The notes below the pieces were generated by a model. That model ran no database searches. It was not told the origin of the DNA and saw only the letters and a program-made list of their open reading frames with translations. The position numbers and the translations under genes are program-made. This document shows, one piece after another, positions 1-8,447 of a DNA stretch of 37,730 nucleotides; position 1 is the stretch's first letter; each line of letters begins with the position of its first letter. Source of the stretch: an archaeon (GTDB lineage Archaea; Micrarchaeota; Micrarchaeia; Anstonellales; Bilamarchaeaceae); contig JAGVON010000067.1 in the NCBI GenBank assembly GCA_020052735.1, forward strand, positions 1 through 37,730, in the 5' to 3' direction.

Positions 1-561
1 AAGATGCACACTTCGCGCAGGGATGCATTCCAATCGGTGAATGTTCCGCCGCTGGCTAAAGTGGATTACAGGAGCGGGCTGATAGAGCCATATATGAAAT
101 ATAAGGAAAGGGGCGGGAAGCTGAAGTTTGACAATAGGGTAAATGAGAACGTTGCGATGGTTTATACGTATCCGGGGATACATCCGGAATTCGTGGACAA
201 ATTGTCGGATTATGATGGGATAGTTATTGTAGGGACCGGAATAGGGCACGTGCCCACCAACCCCTTCGGGGACAAATTGGCGAAGAGGATAACCCCGAAC
301 CTTAAGGCGCTCGTGGATTCCGGAATACCTGTTGCATTTGCATCCCAGTGCATATTTGGGCGCATAAACATGGATATGTATGCGGCGGGAAGGATGCTGC
401 AGGATGCGGGGGTGTTCGGGCATCTGATGGACTGGACTCCGGAAACGGCTTATGCGAAGATGTGCTGGGTGCTTGGGCATGAGAAGAAAATGGAGAAAGT
501 GAAGGAAGAGATGATGAGGAATATCGCTGGCGAGATTACGGAGAGGAGCGAAGTGCTATGA
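1..561 (+). CDS. gatD: Glu-tRNA(Gln) amidotransferase subunit D, C-terminal part (5' end lies outside the window)
   Basis: The reading frame is open to the window edge. It carries an asparaginase-type C-terminal domain (…YDGIVIVGTGIGHVP…, …SGIPVAFASQC…). Its stop overlaps the gatE start in ATGA (558-561), the usual archaeal gatD-gatE coupling. Confidence 0.8.
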   Translation, partial: KMHTSRRDAFQSVNVPPLAKVDYRSGLIEPYMKYKERGGKLKFDNRVNENVAMVYTYPGIHPEFVDKLSDYDGIVIVGTGIGHVPTNPFGDKLAKRITPNLKALVDSGIPVAFASQCIFGRINMDMYAAGRMLQDAGVFGHLMDWTPETAYAKMCWVLGHEKKMEKVKEEMMRNIAGEITERSEVL

Positions 562-2360
562 AGTGCGGCCTAGAGATTCACCAGCGCCTTGATACGGGCA
601 AGCTCTTTTGCAGGTGCTCTTCCGAGCTTGCTGAGCAGGAGAAAAAGCCCGGGGAAAAAGCAGAGGAGCGGAAGCCGGATTACAAATTCAGGAGGAGGTT
701 GCGCGCAAGCGCTGGGGAGATGGGCGAGCTGGACATCGCGGCGCAGGCTGAGCAGGAGAAGGAGAAGGAATTCCATTACGACGGATTCGTTGAGAGCTGC
801 TGCCTCGTGGAGGCGGACGAGGAGCCGCCCCTGGATATGGATGCGGAGGCGCTCCGCATTGTGCTGGGGATTGCGCAGCAACTGCACATGGACGTGTGCG
901 ACCAGCTGCACGTGATGAGGAAAATCGTCGTGGACGGGAGCAACACTTCCGGTTTCCAGCGCACTTGCCTCGTGGCTACGGGCGGATATTTGGATACTTC
1001 TAAGGGAAAAGTTAGGATATCCACGGTTGCGGTGGAAGAGGAAAGCTCCGGGATTGTTGCGGAGGAGGCGCACATAAAACACTATAGGTTGGACAGGCTG
1101 GGAATTCCACTTATTGAGCTTGCTACCGAGCCGGACATCGTGGATGCAGAGCATTGCAAGGAAACCGCGGAGAAGATTGGGCTGATTTTGCGTGCGACAG
1201 GGAAGGTGGCGCGGGGGATAGGGACGATAAGGCAGGATGTCAATGTTTCCACGGAGAAAGGGGCGCGCGTGGAGATAAAGGGCGCGCAGGACTTGAGGGC
1301 CATTCCGCTTTATGTGCAAAATGAAGTGGGGAGGCAGGAGGAATTGCTGAAGGTTATTGATGAAGTGAAGAAGCGGATTGGGGATAAGGAGATTAAGCCG
1401 AAAGTGATTGACCTTACGAAAACCTTTGCGAAGACGGATTGTGCGCTGATAACAAAAGGGCTGGAAGCCGGGGGGCACGTGCTCGGGATAAAATTGGAGG
1501 GGCACGAGGGATTGATTGGGCGCGAGTTGCTTCCGGGAAGAAGATATGGAACGGAACTTAGCGATTATGCGAAGAGCGCGGGAGTGAAAGGGATTATCCA
1601 TAGCGACGAGGATTTTGTAAAGTATAAGATTTCTGATGCGGAACGGGAAGCGGTGCGCAAGGCGCTGGGAGTGAAAAAAGGCGATGCGTTCGCGATGGTC
1701 GTTGCGCACAAATCCACCGCCGAGCGCGCATTGCACAAAGTGGTTGAGCGGGCGAACATGCGCCGCGTTCCTGAGGAAACGAGGAAGGCGAACCAGGATG
1801 GAACTTCCTCCTTCATGCGGCCGCTCGCTGGAAGGGCGCGCATGTACCCGGAAACGGATTTGCAGACGATAGAGATTACGGATAAATTGCTGAACGAAGC
1901 GAAACAAGCTGCGGGCGGAGGGTTGGAGGAGAAGGAGAAAAAGCTGCGCGGCATCCTGAACCCTGAGATGGCGGGCAGGATGCTGAAGTCCAGGAATCTG
2001 CAATTGTTTGAGGGGCTTGTGGATGCTGGAGCGGAGCCGATGCTCGCCGCGGGCACTCTTGAGCAGACGCTGGTGGAGTTGAGGAGGGAAGGATTGGAAT
2101 TGAGGAATCCGAAGGAGGACTTGGCTGCGCTGTTTGACGAATACAAACAAGGGTTGTTTGTGAAGGCGGCAATACCGGATGTTTTGCGCGGGATGTGCGG
2201 CGGAAAAAAGGTGCGCGAGGCTGCGAAGGGAATGGAAAGGATTACGGGCGCGGAATTGAAGAAATTGGTGAAGGAAAAGAAGGATTTCGGCGCGATAATG
2301 CGCGAGTACAGGTTGCGGGTTGATGCGGGCGAGCTGAAAAAGGCAATGGAAGGCCAATAG
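558..2360 (+). CDS. gatE: Glu-tRNA(Gln) amidotransferase subunit E
   Basis: 600 aa. The N-terminus MKCGLEIHQRLDTGKLFC is the characteristic GatE/GatB opening. Downstream it has …GIPLIELATEPD…, …RQDVNVS…VEIKG… and …RMYPETDL…. It is coupled to gatD. Confidence 0.9.
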   Translation: MKCGLEIHQRLDTGKLFCRCSSELAEQEKKPGEKAEERKPDYKFRRRLRASAGEMGELDIAAQAEQEKEKEFHYDGFVESCCLVEADEEPPLDMDAEALRIVLGIAQQLHMDVCDQLHVMRKIVVDGSNTSGFQRTCLVATGGYLDTSKGKVRISTVAVEEESSGIVAEEAHIKHYRLDRLGIPLIELATEPDIVDAEHCKETAEKIGLILRATGKVARGIGTIRQDVNVSTEKGARVEIKGAQDLRAIPLYVQNEVGRQEELLKVIDEVKKRIGDKEIKPKVIDLTKTFAKTDCALITKGLEAGGHVLGIKLEGHEGLIGRELLPGRRYGTELSDYAKSAGVKGIIHSDEDFVKYKISDAEREAVRKALGVKKGDAFAMVVAHKSTAERALHKVVERANMRRVPEETRKANQDGTSSFMRPLAGRARMYPETDLQTIEITDKLLNEAKQAAGGGLEEKEKKLRGILNPEMAGRMLKSRNLQLFEGLVDAGAEPMLAAGTLEQTLVELRREGLELRNPKEDLAALFDEYKQGLFVKAAIPDVLRGMCGGKKVREAAKGMERITGAELKKLVKEKKDFGAIMREYRLRVDAGELKKAMEGQ

Positions 2361-2366
2361 AAATCC

Positions 2367-2376
2367 TTTAAAAATA
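2367..2376 (+). promoter_or_regulatory. Candidate archaeal TATA box upstream of rpl11
   Basis: TTTAAAAATA lies in the gatE-rpl11 spacer. It is about 29 nt upstream of an in-frame TTG (2400) and about 41 nt upstream of the ATG at 2412. Confidence 0.35.
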
Positions 2377-2411
2377 CGTCCCAGAAACTATTAAGTTCAT
2401 TGGTAGATTCT

Positions 2412-2885
2412 ATGAAGAAGACGATTGATGCGATTGTTGAAGGCGGAAAGGCGACTTCGGGCCCCCCTCTGGGGCCTGCGCTTGGGCCCATGGGCATAAA
2501 CGCGGGCCAGGTCGTGGCTAAGATTAACGAGATGACGAAGGCATTCTCCGGCATGAAGGTGCCGGTAAAGGTCACCGTTAATACGGATGACAAGTCCTTT
2601 GAGGTCCATGTGGGCAGCCCTCCCACCTCCGAGCTTGTGAAAAAGGAGGCGGGGATAGAGAAGGGCGGCGCGACCGCGGAGGCGCCCGCAGGCAACATCT
2701 CCTTTGAGGGGCTCGTTAAGATTGCGAAGGGCAAAAAAAACAATTCCCTTGGCAAGAGCCTGAAGGACGTCGCGAAGGAGGTCGCAGGCACGTGCAAAAG
2801 CTTAGGGGTAACGATAGACGGGAAGAACCCGAAGGAAGCCATACGTGAGATTGACGGCGGGAAGCACGACTCTGTCCTGAAGTGA
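2412..2885 (+). CDS. rpl11: 50S ribosomal protein uL11
   Basis: MKKTIDAIVEGGKATSGPPLGPALGPMGINAGQVV… is the canonical L11 N-terminal motif. I chose the ATG at 2412. The ORF track starts at the in-frame TTG at 2400, which remains possible. Confidence 0.9.
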   Translation: MKKTIDAIVEGGKATSGPPLGPALGPMGINAGQVVAKINEMTKAFSGMKVPVKVTVNTDDKSFEVHVGSPPTSELVKKEAGIEKGGATAEAPAGNISFEGLVKIAKGKKNNSLGKSLKDVAKEVAGTCKSLGVTIDGKNPKEAIREIDGGKHDSVLK

Positions 2886-2889
2886 GCTG

Positions 2890-4446
2890 ATGAGGGGCGC
2901 GCTTCCGCTTCTATTGCTCCTTTCCCTCCTTTCATTTTCATTTGCGGGCGAGCTGTGGAGCTACAGGGTGGACGGGGCGGCGATTGTGCAGCCCGCGGTG
3001 GTGGGCGGCAACGCGGTGGTCGGCACCGGCAACGGTGCGGTTTATGCGCTCAGCCAGGGGCAGGCGAGATGGACGCAGAGGTTCAACGGCAGCGTGTACG
3101 CCATTTCAGCACTTGGGGACAGGGCGATTGTGGCTGTGGGAAACAAGGTTTATGCGATAGGGCCCACGGGCGCGGTCCTCTGGAACGCGGATGCGAGGGG
3201 GGTGCGGGGGATTTCCGCATCCGACAAAGTATATGTATCTTATGAGTCGGGGGTAAAGGCGCTGGACGAGAGGGGCCAGCTCTCATGGTTCTACAATGCG
3301 ACGTCGCCCACGGAGCCGTCCTCCGAGGCAGCCGGATACGTGGTGTTCGGGAGCGGGGACAAGGTCGTCGCGCTGAGGAGCGACGGGCAGAAGTTCTGGG
3401 AAAAGGAGGTGGGCACGTTCTGGGACGTGGCGCCCCTCGTATGGTCCGGGACGGTTTTTGCCGGGACCTCGGAAGGGAATTTGTATTCATTAAACCTCTA
3501 TACCGGGCAGGTCCTTTGGGAATACCGCGGGGGGGACATGATAACGACCACGCCGGCGCATGCGGGCGCATACATCATTTTCGGGACCGCGGGCGGAAAG
3601 GTGTATGCGGTAAATAACGGCGAACTGGCCTGGGCCTCCAGAGTGGACGGGATGGTGAACGGAAAAATAGTGGTTGATGGAAACGTGGCGTACCTTTCCA
3701 CGAGGAAGAGCTTGTACGCGATAAACGTCGCGGATGGGAGCGTCCTGATGCGCAGGCAGTTCATTGACTGGCCCAGCCCGCCGGCGCTTGCCGGGGGTGC
3801 GGTTGTGCTCGGGACCGCGGAAGGGAAGGTTTATGCGATAGATTCCTCGCGCGGATGCGGATTCATCTCCCCTGCCCCGGATTCCGTGGTGGGCAATGCG
3901 GACGTCCGGGTGCTTGGGAGCAGCTTCTCCAAATCCGCTGGTGTGAAGACATACCTGCGGCTGAACGGTGGGGAATGGGGCGAGGTTGGGGCGGAGGAAT
4001 GGGAATACACCCTTAATCCGTCTGCGTTCCCGTTCGGGGTGATTTCCCTTGAATGTTATGTATCCGATTCCGCGGGGCAGGAGAATGCGCCCTTCAGTTC
4101 TATCACTCTTATCAAGGGGGAAACAGCGGAGCCGGAGATGCGCGTGCAGTACCCCAGCGCCGCGAAGGAGGGCGAGCCCTTCACCATAACCGTCGTCGGG
4201 ATGGACGGGGAACCGCTGGAGGATGTGAGCGCCACCCTGGGAGGGCAGTCGTTTGAGGGGGACGGCGAGATAACCATCACCCCGGGCGTGAGCGGGCGCA
4301 GCGAAGTCACTGTCTCAAAAAGGGGCTATGAGGATGCGAAATTCACCGTGGATGTGAAGCCGCAGCCCACCCTTGCTTACGTGGCGGCCGCGGTTTTCCT
4401 TCTGGCTGCCGCTGGATATGCTTATTTCGGGTACATCAAAAAGTAA
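2890..4446 (+). CDS. Secreted, C-terminally membrane-anchored protein with PQQ-like beta-propeller repeats
   Basis: It has an N-terminal signal peptide (MRGALPLLLLLSLLSFSFAGE). G-x-VYA(L/I/V) blades recur roughly every 40 aa (GNGAVYAL, GNKVYAI, GGKVYAV, EGKVYAI). It ends with an Ig-like C-terminal region and a terminal TM helix (LAYVAAAVFLLAAAGYAYFGYIKK). The start is 4 nt after the rpl11 stop. Confidence 0.7.
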   Translation: MRGALPLLLLLSLLSFSFAGELWSYRVDGAAIVQPAVVGGNAVVGTGNGAVYALSQGQARWTQRFNGSVYAISALGDRAIVAVGNKVYAIGPTGAVLWNADARGVRGISASDKVYVSYESGVKALDERGQLSWFYNATSPTEPSSEAAGYVVFGSGDKVVALRSDGQKFWEKEVGTFWDVAPLVWSGTVFAGTSEGNLYSLNLYTGQVLWEYRGGDMITTTPAHAGAYIIFGTAGGKVYAVNNGELAWASRVDGMVNGKIVVDGNVAYLSTRKSLYAINVADGSVLMRRQFIDWPSPPALAGGAVVLGTAEGKVYAIDSSRGCGFISPAPDSVVGNADVRVLGSSFSKSAGVKTYLRLNGGEWGEVGAEEWEYTLNPSAFPFGVISLECYVSDSAGQENAPFSSITLIKGETAEPEMRVQYPSAAKEGEPFTITVVGMDGEPLEDVSATLGGQSFEGDGEITITPGVSGRSEVTVSKRGYEDAKFTVDVKPQPTLAYVAAAVFLLAAAGYAYFGYIKK

Positions 4447-4461
4447 GAACGGGGGCTGGGA

Positions 4462-4716
4462 TTACAGTTCAACCCTGTCCACGGAAGTGACCTGGACCTG
4501 GCTTACCCCTTCTATCGCAGCTATCTTTTCCTCAATCGCGTCCACGCCGTCCGCCTCTTCCATGAGGAAGCGTATGGAAAGCGCCTTCACCCCGAAGCCG
4601 ATGTCCTCCTCCTTGGATTCAACGACCTGGACCACCTTGGAGACCGCCTCCTTGAGCGCCTCAAGCGCGGAGGGGTCCTCTGGGAACACCTTGAGAGTTA
4701 CGGATACCTTTGCCAT
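4462..4716 (-). CDS. ef1b: Translation elongation factor aEF-1 beta
   Basis: MAKVSVTLKVFPEDP…IGFGVKALSIRFLMEEADG…IEGVSQVQV… has the typical size and sequence of aEF-1beta. I trimmed the track ORF to the ATG at 4716. Confidence 0.85.
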   Translation of the reverse strand: MAKVSVTLKVFPEDPSALEALKEAVSKVVQVVESKEEDIGFGVKALSIRFLMEEADGVDAIEEKIAAIEGVSQVQVTSVDRVEL

Positions 4717-4720
4717 CCTA

Positions 4721-4867
4721 TCACGGACCCTCAAACCCGCAGCTGCTCTTGTAGGGGTTCCTTATCTCCCTGCAGTGGTTGCACCTTATTATCCTCTCTT
4801 CGCATTGGGGGCACGGGAACTCCGCGTAATCCTTTGCCAGCCTTCCGCACGTTGAGCATCTCTTCAT
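4721..4867 (-). CDS. Small Zn-ribbon protein (the type usually found just upstream of aEF-1beta in archaea); not in the supplied ORF track
   Basis: My manual translation of the minus strand gives MKRCSTCGRLAKDYAEFPCPQCEERIIRCNHCREIRNPYKSSCGFEGP* (48 aa; CxxC…CxxC…CxxC…C). A GGTGA Shine-Dalgarno motif (plus-strand TCACCT at 4872-4877) lies about 5 nt upstream. The stop is 4 nt before the ef1b start. Confidence 0.65.
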   Translation of the reverse strand: MKRCSTCGRLAKDYAEFPCPQCEERIIRCNHCREIRNPYKSSCGFEGP

Positions 4868-5077
4868 TCATTCACCTAATTTGCTAAAAAGTATAATGAA
4901 GTTGGTGGGATATGTTTTTAATAACTTGTCTGCCATCCGAATGTCAAGAAATCCGTGTCATTCGACCTCCGCCCGGATTTTACGTCGGGCGCCAGCCGAA
5001 CTTTCAGGGCGCGGATGAATTGGCCACCCTTTTCCATGTTTGATTACTGGCATCACCGGAGGGGAGGTCTCCCCTTG

Positions 5078-5085
5078 TTTATAAA
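5078..5085 (+). promoter_or_regulatory. Candidate TATA box for tnpB
   Basis: TTTATAAA lies about 28 nt upstream of the ATG at 5109, consistent with a leaderless or short-leader transcript. Confidence 0.4.
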
Positions 5086-5108
5086 CAACCTTTACACCAA
5101 GTTCTTGT

Positions 5109-6251
5109 ATGGGAGCAAGAGCATGGAAGTTTCGCATCTACCCATCCAAATCCCAGGAGAAATGCCTGGAGCAGCACCTGTACGGCTGCAAGGAGTTGTG
5201 GAACCAGCTCTTAGAATACACAAAAAATTGCCATGAGGAAACAGGCAAATTCCCAACGCGTCGGCAGCTCTACCTGCAAACAAAAGGAACACCCGTGTTC
5301 TCCCAAGTCGCACAGAATGTCGCGGACCGTCTTTTCAAATCCATAAGAGGCATGATGCTCAAGAAGAAAGCCGGAAAAATTGCAGGATTCCCAAGGTTCA
5401 AGCCGATTGAAAGAATGAAATCCCTAACTTATCCACAGTTTGGCTTCAAACTTGATAGGCGTATTAACCTTTCTGGCATAGGAAGCATTCCAATCAAAAA
5501 ACACAGGGAAATTGAGGGAAATGTGAAGACACTTACTGTAAAGAGGATGCCATCAGGAAAATGGTTTGCTGTCTTCACCTCAGAAGTAGAAGGGATGCAA
5601 GCTCCCAAAAAACAGAGTTCTGCCATGGGCATGGATCTGGGAATTGAGCATTTCGCCTACTTGAGCGATGGAGAATCCATAGAAAATCCGAGGCACCTGA
5701 AAGCGGCGGAGCAAAGACTGAAGGATGCGCGAAAGCATTTATCCAAGAAAAAGAAGGGCAGCAATAATAAGAGGAAGGCAAGAATAAAGGTTGCAATTGT
5801 CTATGAGAAGCTTGCAAACAGGAGGAGAGATTTCCTGCACAAAACAAGCAGGAAGCTGGTGGAGAAATATTCTTTCATTGCAATGGAAAACCTGAATAGC
5901 GCTGGAATGGCGAAGGGTTTCCTTGCAAAGAGCGTACTGGACTGTAGTTGGGCAGAGTTCGCCGGCATGCTTCATTACAAAGCGGAGGAAGCTGGTTGCG
6001 AGGTCGTGCTTGTTGAGCCCGCCCATACTTCACAAATGTGCAGTAACTGCGGTTCGGTGCGCAAGAAATCGCTTGCAGAGAGGTGGCACAGGTGCGCATG
6101 CGGCGCATCCATGCATCGCGACCTCAATGCGGCGAAAAACATACTCAACAGAGCTACCCTAGGGCACAGGGAAAGTAACGCCTCTGGAAAAGAAACCTCT
6201 ACCCGCAGATGGGCAAGTGTCTTCTATGAAAGAGGAAGCTCCGCCCTTTAA
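5109..6251 (+). CDS. tnpB: TnpB (OrfB) RNA-guided endonuclease of an IS200/IS605-family element
   Basis: The N-terminus is WKFRIYPSKSQEKCLEQHLYGCKELWNQLL. RuvC-I is MGMDLGIEH, RuvC-II is FIAMENLN, the Zn finger is CSNCG…CACG, and RuvC-III is HRDLNAAKNIL. The tail (…GHRESNASGKETS…) is typical of archaeal TnpB. Confidence 0.88.
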   Translation: MGARAWKFRIYPSKSQEKCLEQHLYGCKELWNQLLEYTKNCHEETGKFPTRRQLYLQTKGTPVFSQVAQNVADRLFKSIRGMMLKKKAGKIAGFPRFKPIERMKSLTYPQFGFKLDRRINLSGIGSIPIKKHREIEGNVKTLTVKRMPSGKWFAVFTSEVEGMQAPKKQSSAMGMDLGIEHFAYLSDGESIENPRHLKAAEQRLKDARKHLSKKKKGSNNKRKARIKVAIVYEKLANRRRDFLHKTSRKLVEKYSFIAMENLNSAGMAKGFLAKSVLDCSWAEFAGMLHYKAEEAGCEVVLVEPAHTSQMCSNCGSVRKKSLAERWHRCACGASMHRDLNAAKNILNRATLGHRESNASGKETSTRRWASVFYERGSSAL

Positions 6252-6264
6252 GGTGGGGAGCATG

Positions 6265-7137
6265 TCACGGCTGCTTTTTCCGCCTTCGCGCGGGTGCGGG
6301 CGCCTGCGGCTCGGCCTTCGCCCTTTCCGCCAATTCAACGAGGTTCTCCATCAGCATTATGACGGTGAGGGGGCCCACGCCTCCGGGAACGGGGCTCACG
6401 TTCGCCTTCCTGCTCACGGTGTCAAAATCCACGTCGCCCACCATCTTTGCGCCCAATTTGGTGGTGCCAACGTCTATTATGTTCGCGCCCCCCTTCACCA
6501 TGTCGGATTTTATGAGGTAGGGGCTTCCCACCGCTACGATAAGAATGTCCGCCCTGCGCGTATGCTCCGCGAGGTTCTTCGTCTTGCTGTGGCAGAGCGT
6601 CACCGTGGCGTTGCGGTTGGTAAGAAGATAGGAGATGGGCTTGCCGACCATGTTGCTCCTTCCCACTACGACGGCTTCCGCGCCGGCTACGGGAATTTTG
6701 TAATAATCAATCAGGCGCATTATGCCCTTGGGGGTTGCTGAGGCGGTTGCAGGGCTTCCCTGCGCGAGGTTCCCCAAATTTAATGGATGGAGGCCGTCCG
6801 CATCCTTCCTCGCATCTATCGCAGAGATGATTTTGAGGGAATTTATCTGCTTGGGGAGCGGCATCTGCACTATGAAGCCGTGCACGGAATTGTCCGAGTT
6901 CAATTTTGAGACGAGGGATAGCAGTTCCTCCTCGGTCGTGGTCTCGGAGAGGTGGTGCAGCCTCCCCCTTATCCCTATGTCCCCCGCCTTGTTCAGCTTC
7001 TTCTCAACATAGGTGCGGGAGGCGGGGTCGTCCCCAACCATCACTATGTCCAGGCCAGGCGTGAATCCGAGTGCATCCACCCTCTTCTTGAGCTCCTCCT
7101 CTATTTCGGCCGCGACCGCCTTTCCCGAGAGTATCAT
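6265..7137 (-). CDS. folD: Bifunctional methylenetetrahydrofolate dehydrogenase/cyclohydrolase
   Basis: MILSGKAVAAEI…PGLDIVMVGDDPASRTYV…HGFIVQMPLP…DADGLHPLNLG…VVVGRSNMVGKP…PVPGGVGPLT are classic FolD motifs. Confidence 0.9.
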   Translation of the reverse strand: MILSGKAVAAEIEEELKKRVDALGFTPGLDIVMVGDDPASRTYVEKKLNKAGDIGIRGRLHHLSETTTEEELLSLVSKLNSDNSVHGFIVQMPLPKQINSLKIISAIDARKDADGLHPLNLGNLAQGSPATASATPKGIMRLIDYYKIPVAGAEAVVVGRSNMVGKPISYLLTNRNATVTLCHSKTKNLAEHTRRADILIVAVGSPYLIKSDMVKGGANIIDVGTTKLGAKMVGDVDFDTVSRKANVSPVPGGVGPLTVIMLMENLVELAERAKAEPQAPAPARRRKKQP

Positions 7138-7144
7138 ATCCCAA

Positions 7145-8389
7145 TCATGCCCTTAAATCTTTATATATGGGGAACCTGGTGCAGAGCGCGAGCACGTCCT
7201 TCTGTATGGATGCAAGCGTGTCCGCGTTGTCCTTGTTCTTCAGCGCCTTCATTATGAGGGCGGCCACTTCTTTCATTTCGCTTTCCTTCATGCCCCTTGT
7301 GGTCATGGCGGGCGTGCCCAACCTTATGCCGCTCGTTATGAAGGGCTTCTGCGTATCATAGGGAATGGTGTTGCGGTTGCAGATTATGCCCGCGCGCTCA
7401 AGCACGGTCTGGGCGTCCTTCCCGGTTATGCCCAGGGAAGTCAGGTCAACGAGCACCATGTGGTTGTCCGTCCCTCCGGAGACCAGGCGGAGCCCGTGCG
7501 AGTTCAGCTCGTCCGCCAGCATCTTTGAGTTTTTGACAATCTGGTGCGCGTAGTCCTTGAAATCCTGCTGCATCGCGTTGTGGAAACACACGGCCTTTGC
7601 GGCGGTGACGTGGTCAAGGGGGCCGCCCTGCGCCCCGGGGAAAACCGCCTTGTCTATTTTCTGGGCGAAGTCCGCCTTGCACATTATGATTGCGCCCCTC
7701 GGGCCCCTCAACGTCTTGTGCGTGGTGGTTGTGATTACATCCGCATATTTGGCGGGCGAGACGTGGGAGCCGCCCGCAATCAATCCCGCGATGTGCGAGA
7801 TGTCCGCGAGCAGGAATGCGCCGCACGCGTCCGCGATTTCCCTGAACCTGTCAAAATGGACTGTCCTTGGATAGGCTGTGTATCCGCACACGATTACCTT
7901 GGGCTTCTGCTCCATGGCCTGCTTCTTTATGGTGTCGTAGTCCAGCATCTCCGTCTTCCTGTCCACCGCATAGCTCACCACCTTGTAGGTCTTGCCCGAG
8001 AAATTTACGGGCGAGCCGTGGGTTAGGTGCCCCCCCTGGGAGAGTTCCATGCCCATGAACGTGTCCCCGGATTCCATGATTGCGGCATAAGCGCAGTAGT
8101 TCGCGGTTGAGCCGGAATGCGGCTGGACGTTCGCGTGGTCCACCCCGAAGAGCCTCTTCGCGCGGTCTATCGCGATGTTCTCCACCTGGTCTATGAATTC
8201 ATTCCCTGCATAATAGCGTTTTCCTGGGTAGCCCTCGGAATATTTGTTTGTGAGCACGGAGCCGGTCGCCTGCAGGACTTCAACGGGCGTGTAGTTCTCG
8301 GAAGCGATGAGGTCTATGCACTCCTGCTGCCTCTTCAGCTCCTTTTCCACCAGCGCGTGTATTTCCGGATCCCGTTCCCTCAGTGACAT
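7145..8389 (-). CDS. glyA: Serine hydroxymethyltransferase
   Basis: …LIASENYT…TNKYSEGYPGKRYY…VQPHSGS…TTTTHKTLRGPRGA… includes the PLP-lysine motif. 414 aa. Confidence 0.93.
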   Translation of the reverse strand: MSLRERDPEIHALVEKELKRQQECIDLIASENYTPVEVLQATGSVLTNKYSEGYPGKRYYAGNEFIDQVENIAIDRAKRLFGVDHANVQPHSGSTANYCAYAAIMESGDTFMGMELSQGGHLTHGSPVNFSGKTYKVVSYAVDRKTEMLDYDTIKKQAMEQKPKVIVCGYTAYPRTVHFDRFREIADACGAFLLADISHIAGLIAGGSHVSPAKYADVITTTTHKTLRGPRGAIIMCKADFAQKIDKAVFPGAQGGPLDHVTAAKAVCFHNAMQQDFKDYAHQIVKNSKMLADELNSHGLRLVSGGTDNHMVLVDLTSLGITGKDAQTVLERAGIICNRNTIPYDTQKPFITSGIRLGTPAMTTRGMKESEMKEVAALIMKALKNKDNADTLASIQKDVLALCTRFPIYKDLRA

Positions 8390-8418
8390 GAAACCACATG
8401 CAGATTTGGGGACGAACC

Positions 8419-8425
8419 TTTAAAA
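8419..8425. promoter_or_regulatory. Candidate shared TATA element in the divergent glyA / mscS spacer
   Basis: TTTAAAA (core TTTAAA is palindromic) lies about 26 nt upstream of the mscS-like ATG at 8448 and about 33 nt from the glyA start at 8389 on the other strand. Confidence 0.4.
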
Positions 8426-8447
8426 CAATTGCATACAAAATTGGTGC

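Larger units (their letters stand above)
4930..6262 (+). mobile_element. IS200/IS605-family (IS1341-like) element carrying only tnpB; boundaries approximate
   Basis: The tnpB ORF is flanked by structured ends. Upstream hairpins are CGAATG/CATTCG (4938-4964), CGCCCG/CGGGCG (4970-4991) and GGGGAG/CTCCCC (5061-5074). A downstream hairpin (6238-6261) spans the stop codon. There is no Y1 (HUH) tnpA in the window. Confidence 0.45.

Noticed and set aside
570-2357. 595-aa ORF antisense to gatE. Similar long antisense or out-of-frame ORFs are 1565-2941(-), 12164-13189(-), 20860-21990(-), 26453-27781(-), 32145-32978(-) and 24839-25783(+).
   Set aside because: They are Arg/Pro/His/Leu-rich and lack recognisable motifs. 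They lie opposite to, or out of frame with, genes that have strong family signatures or clear membrane-protein structure. This is the usual open-frame artefact of GC-rich DNA.
4955-5236. 93-aa ORF just upstream of and overlapping tnpB, considered as a possible TnpA (Y1 transposase).
   Set aside because: It has no HUH motif or catalytic Tyr context. Its composition is odd and it overlaps the tnpB start and promoter. More probably it is non-coding left-end sequence.
6100-6262. Annotating an omega-RNA gene as a feature.
   Set aside because: It is only an expectation from TnpB biology plus one imperfect hairpin. Its boundaries and structure cannot be established without other copies or RNA data, so I kept it as a finding.
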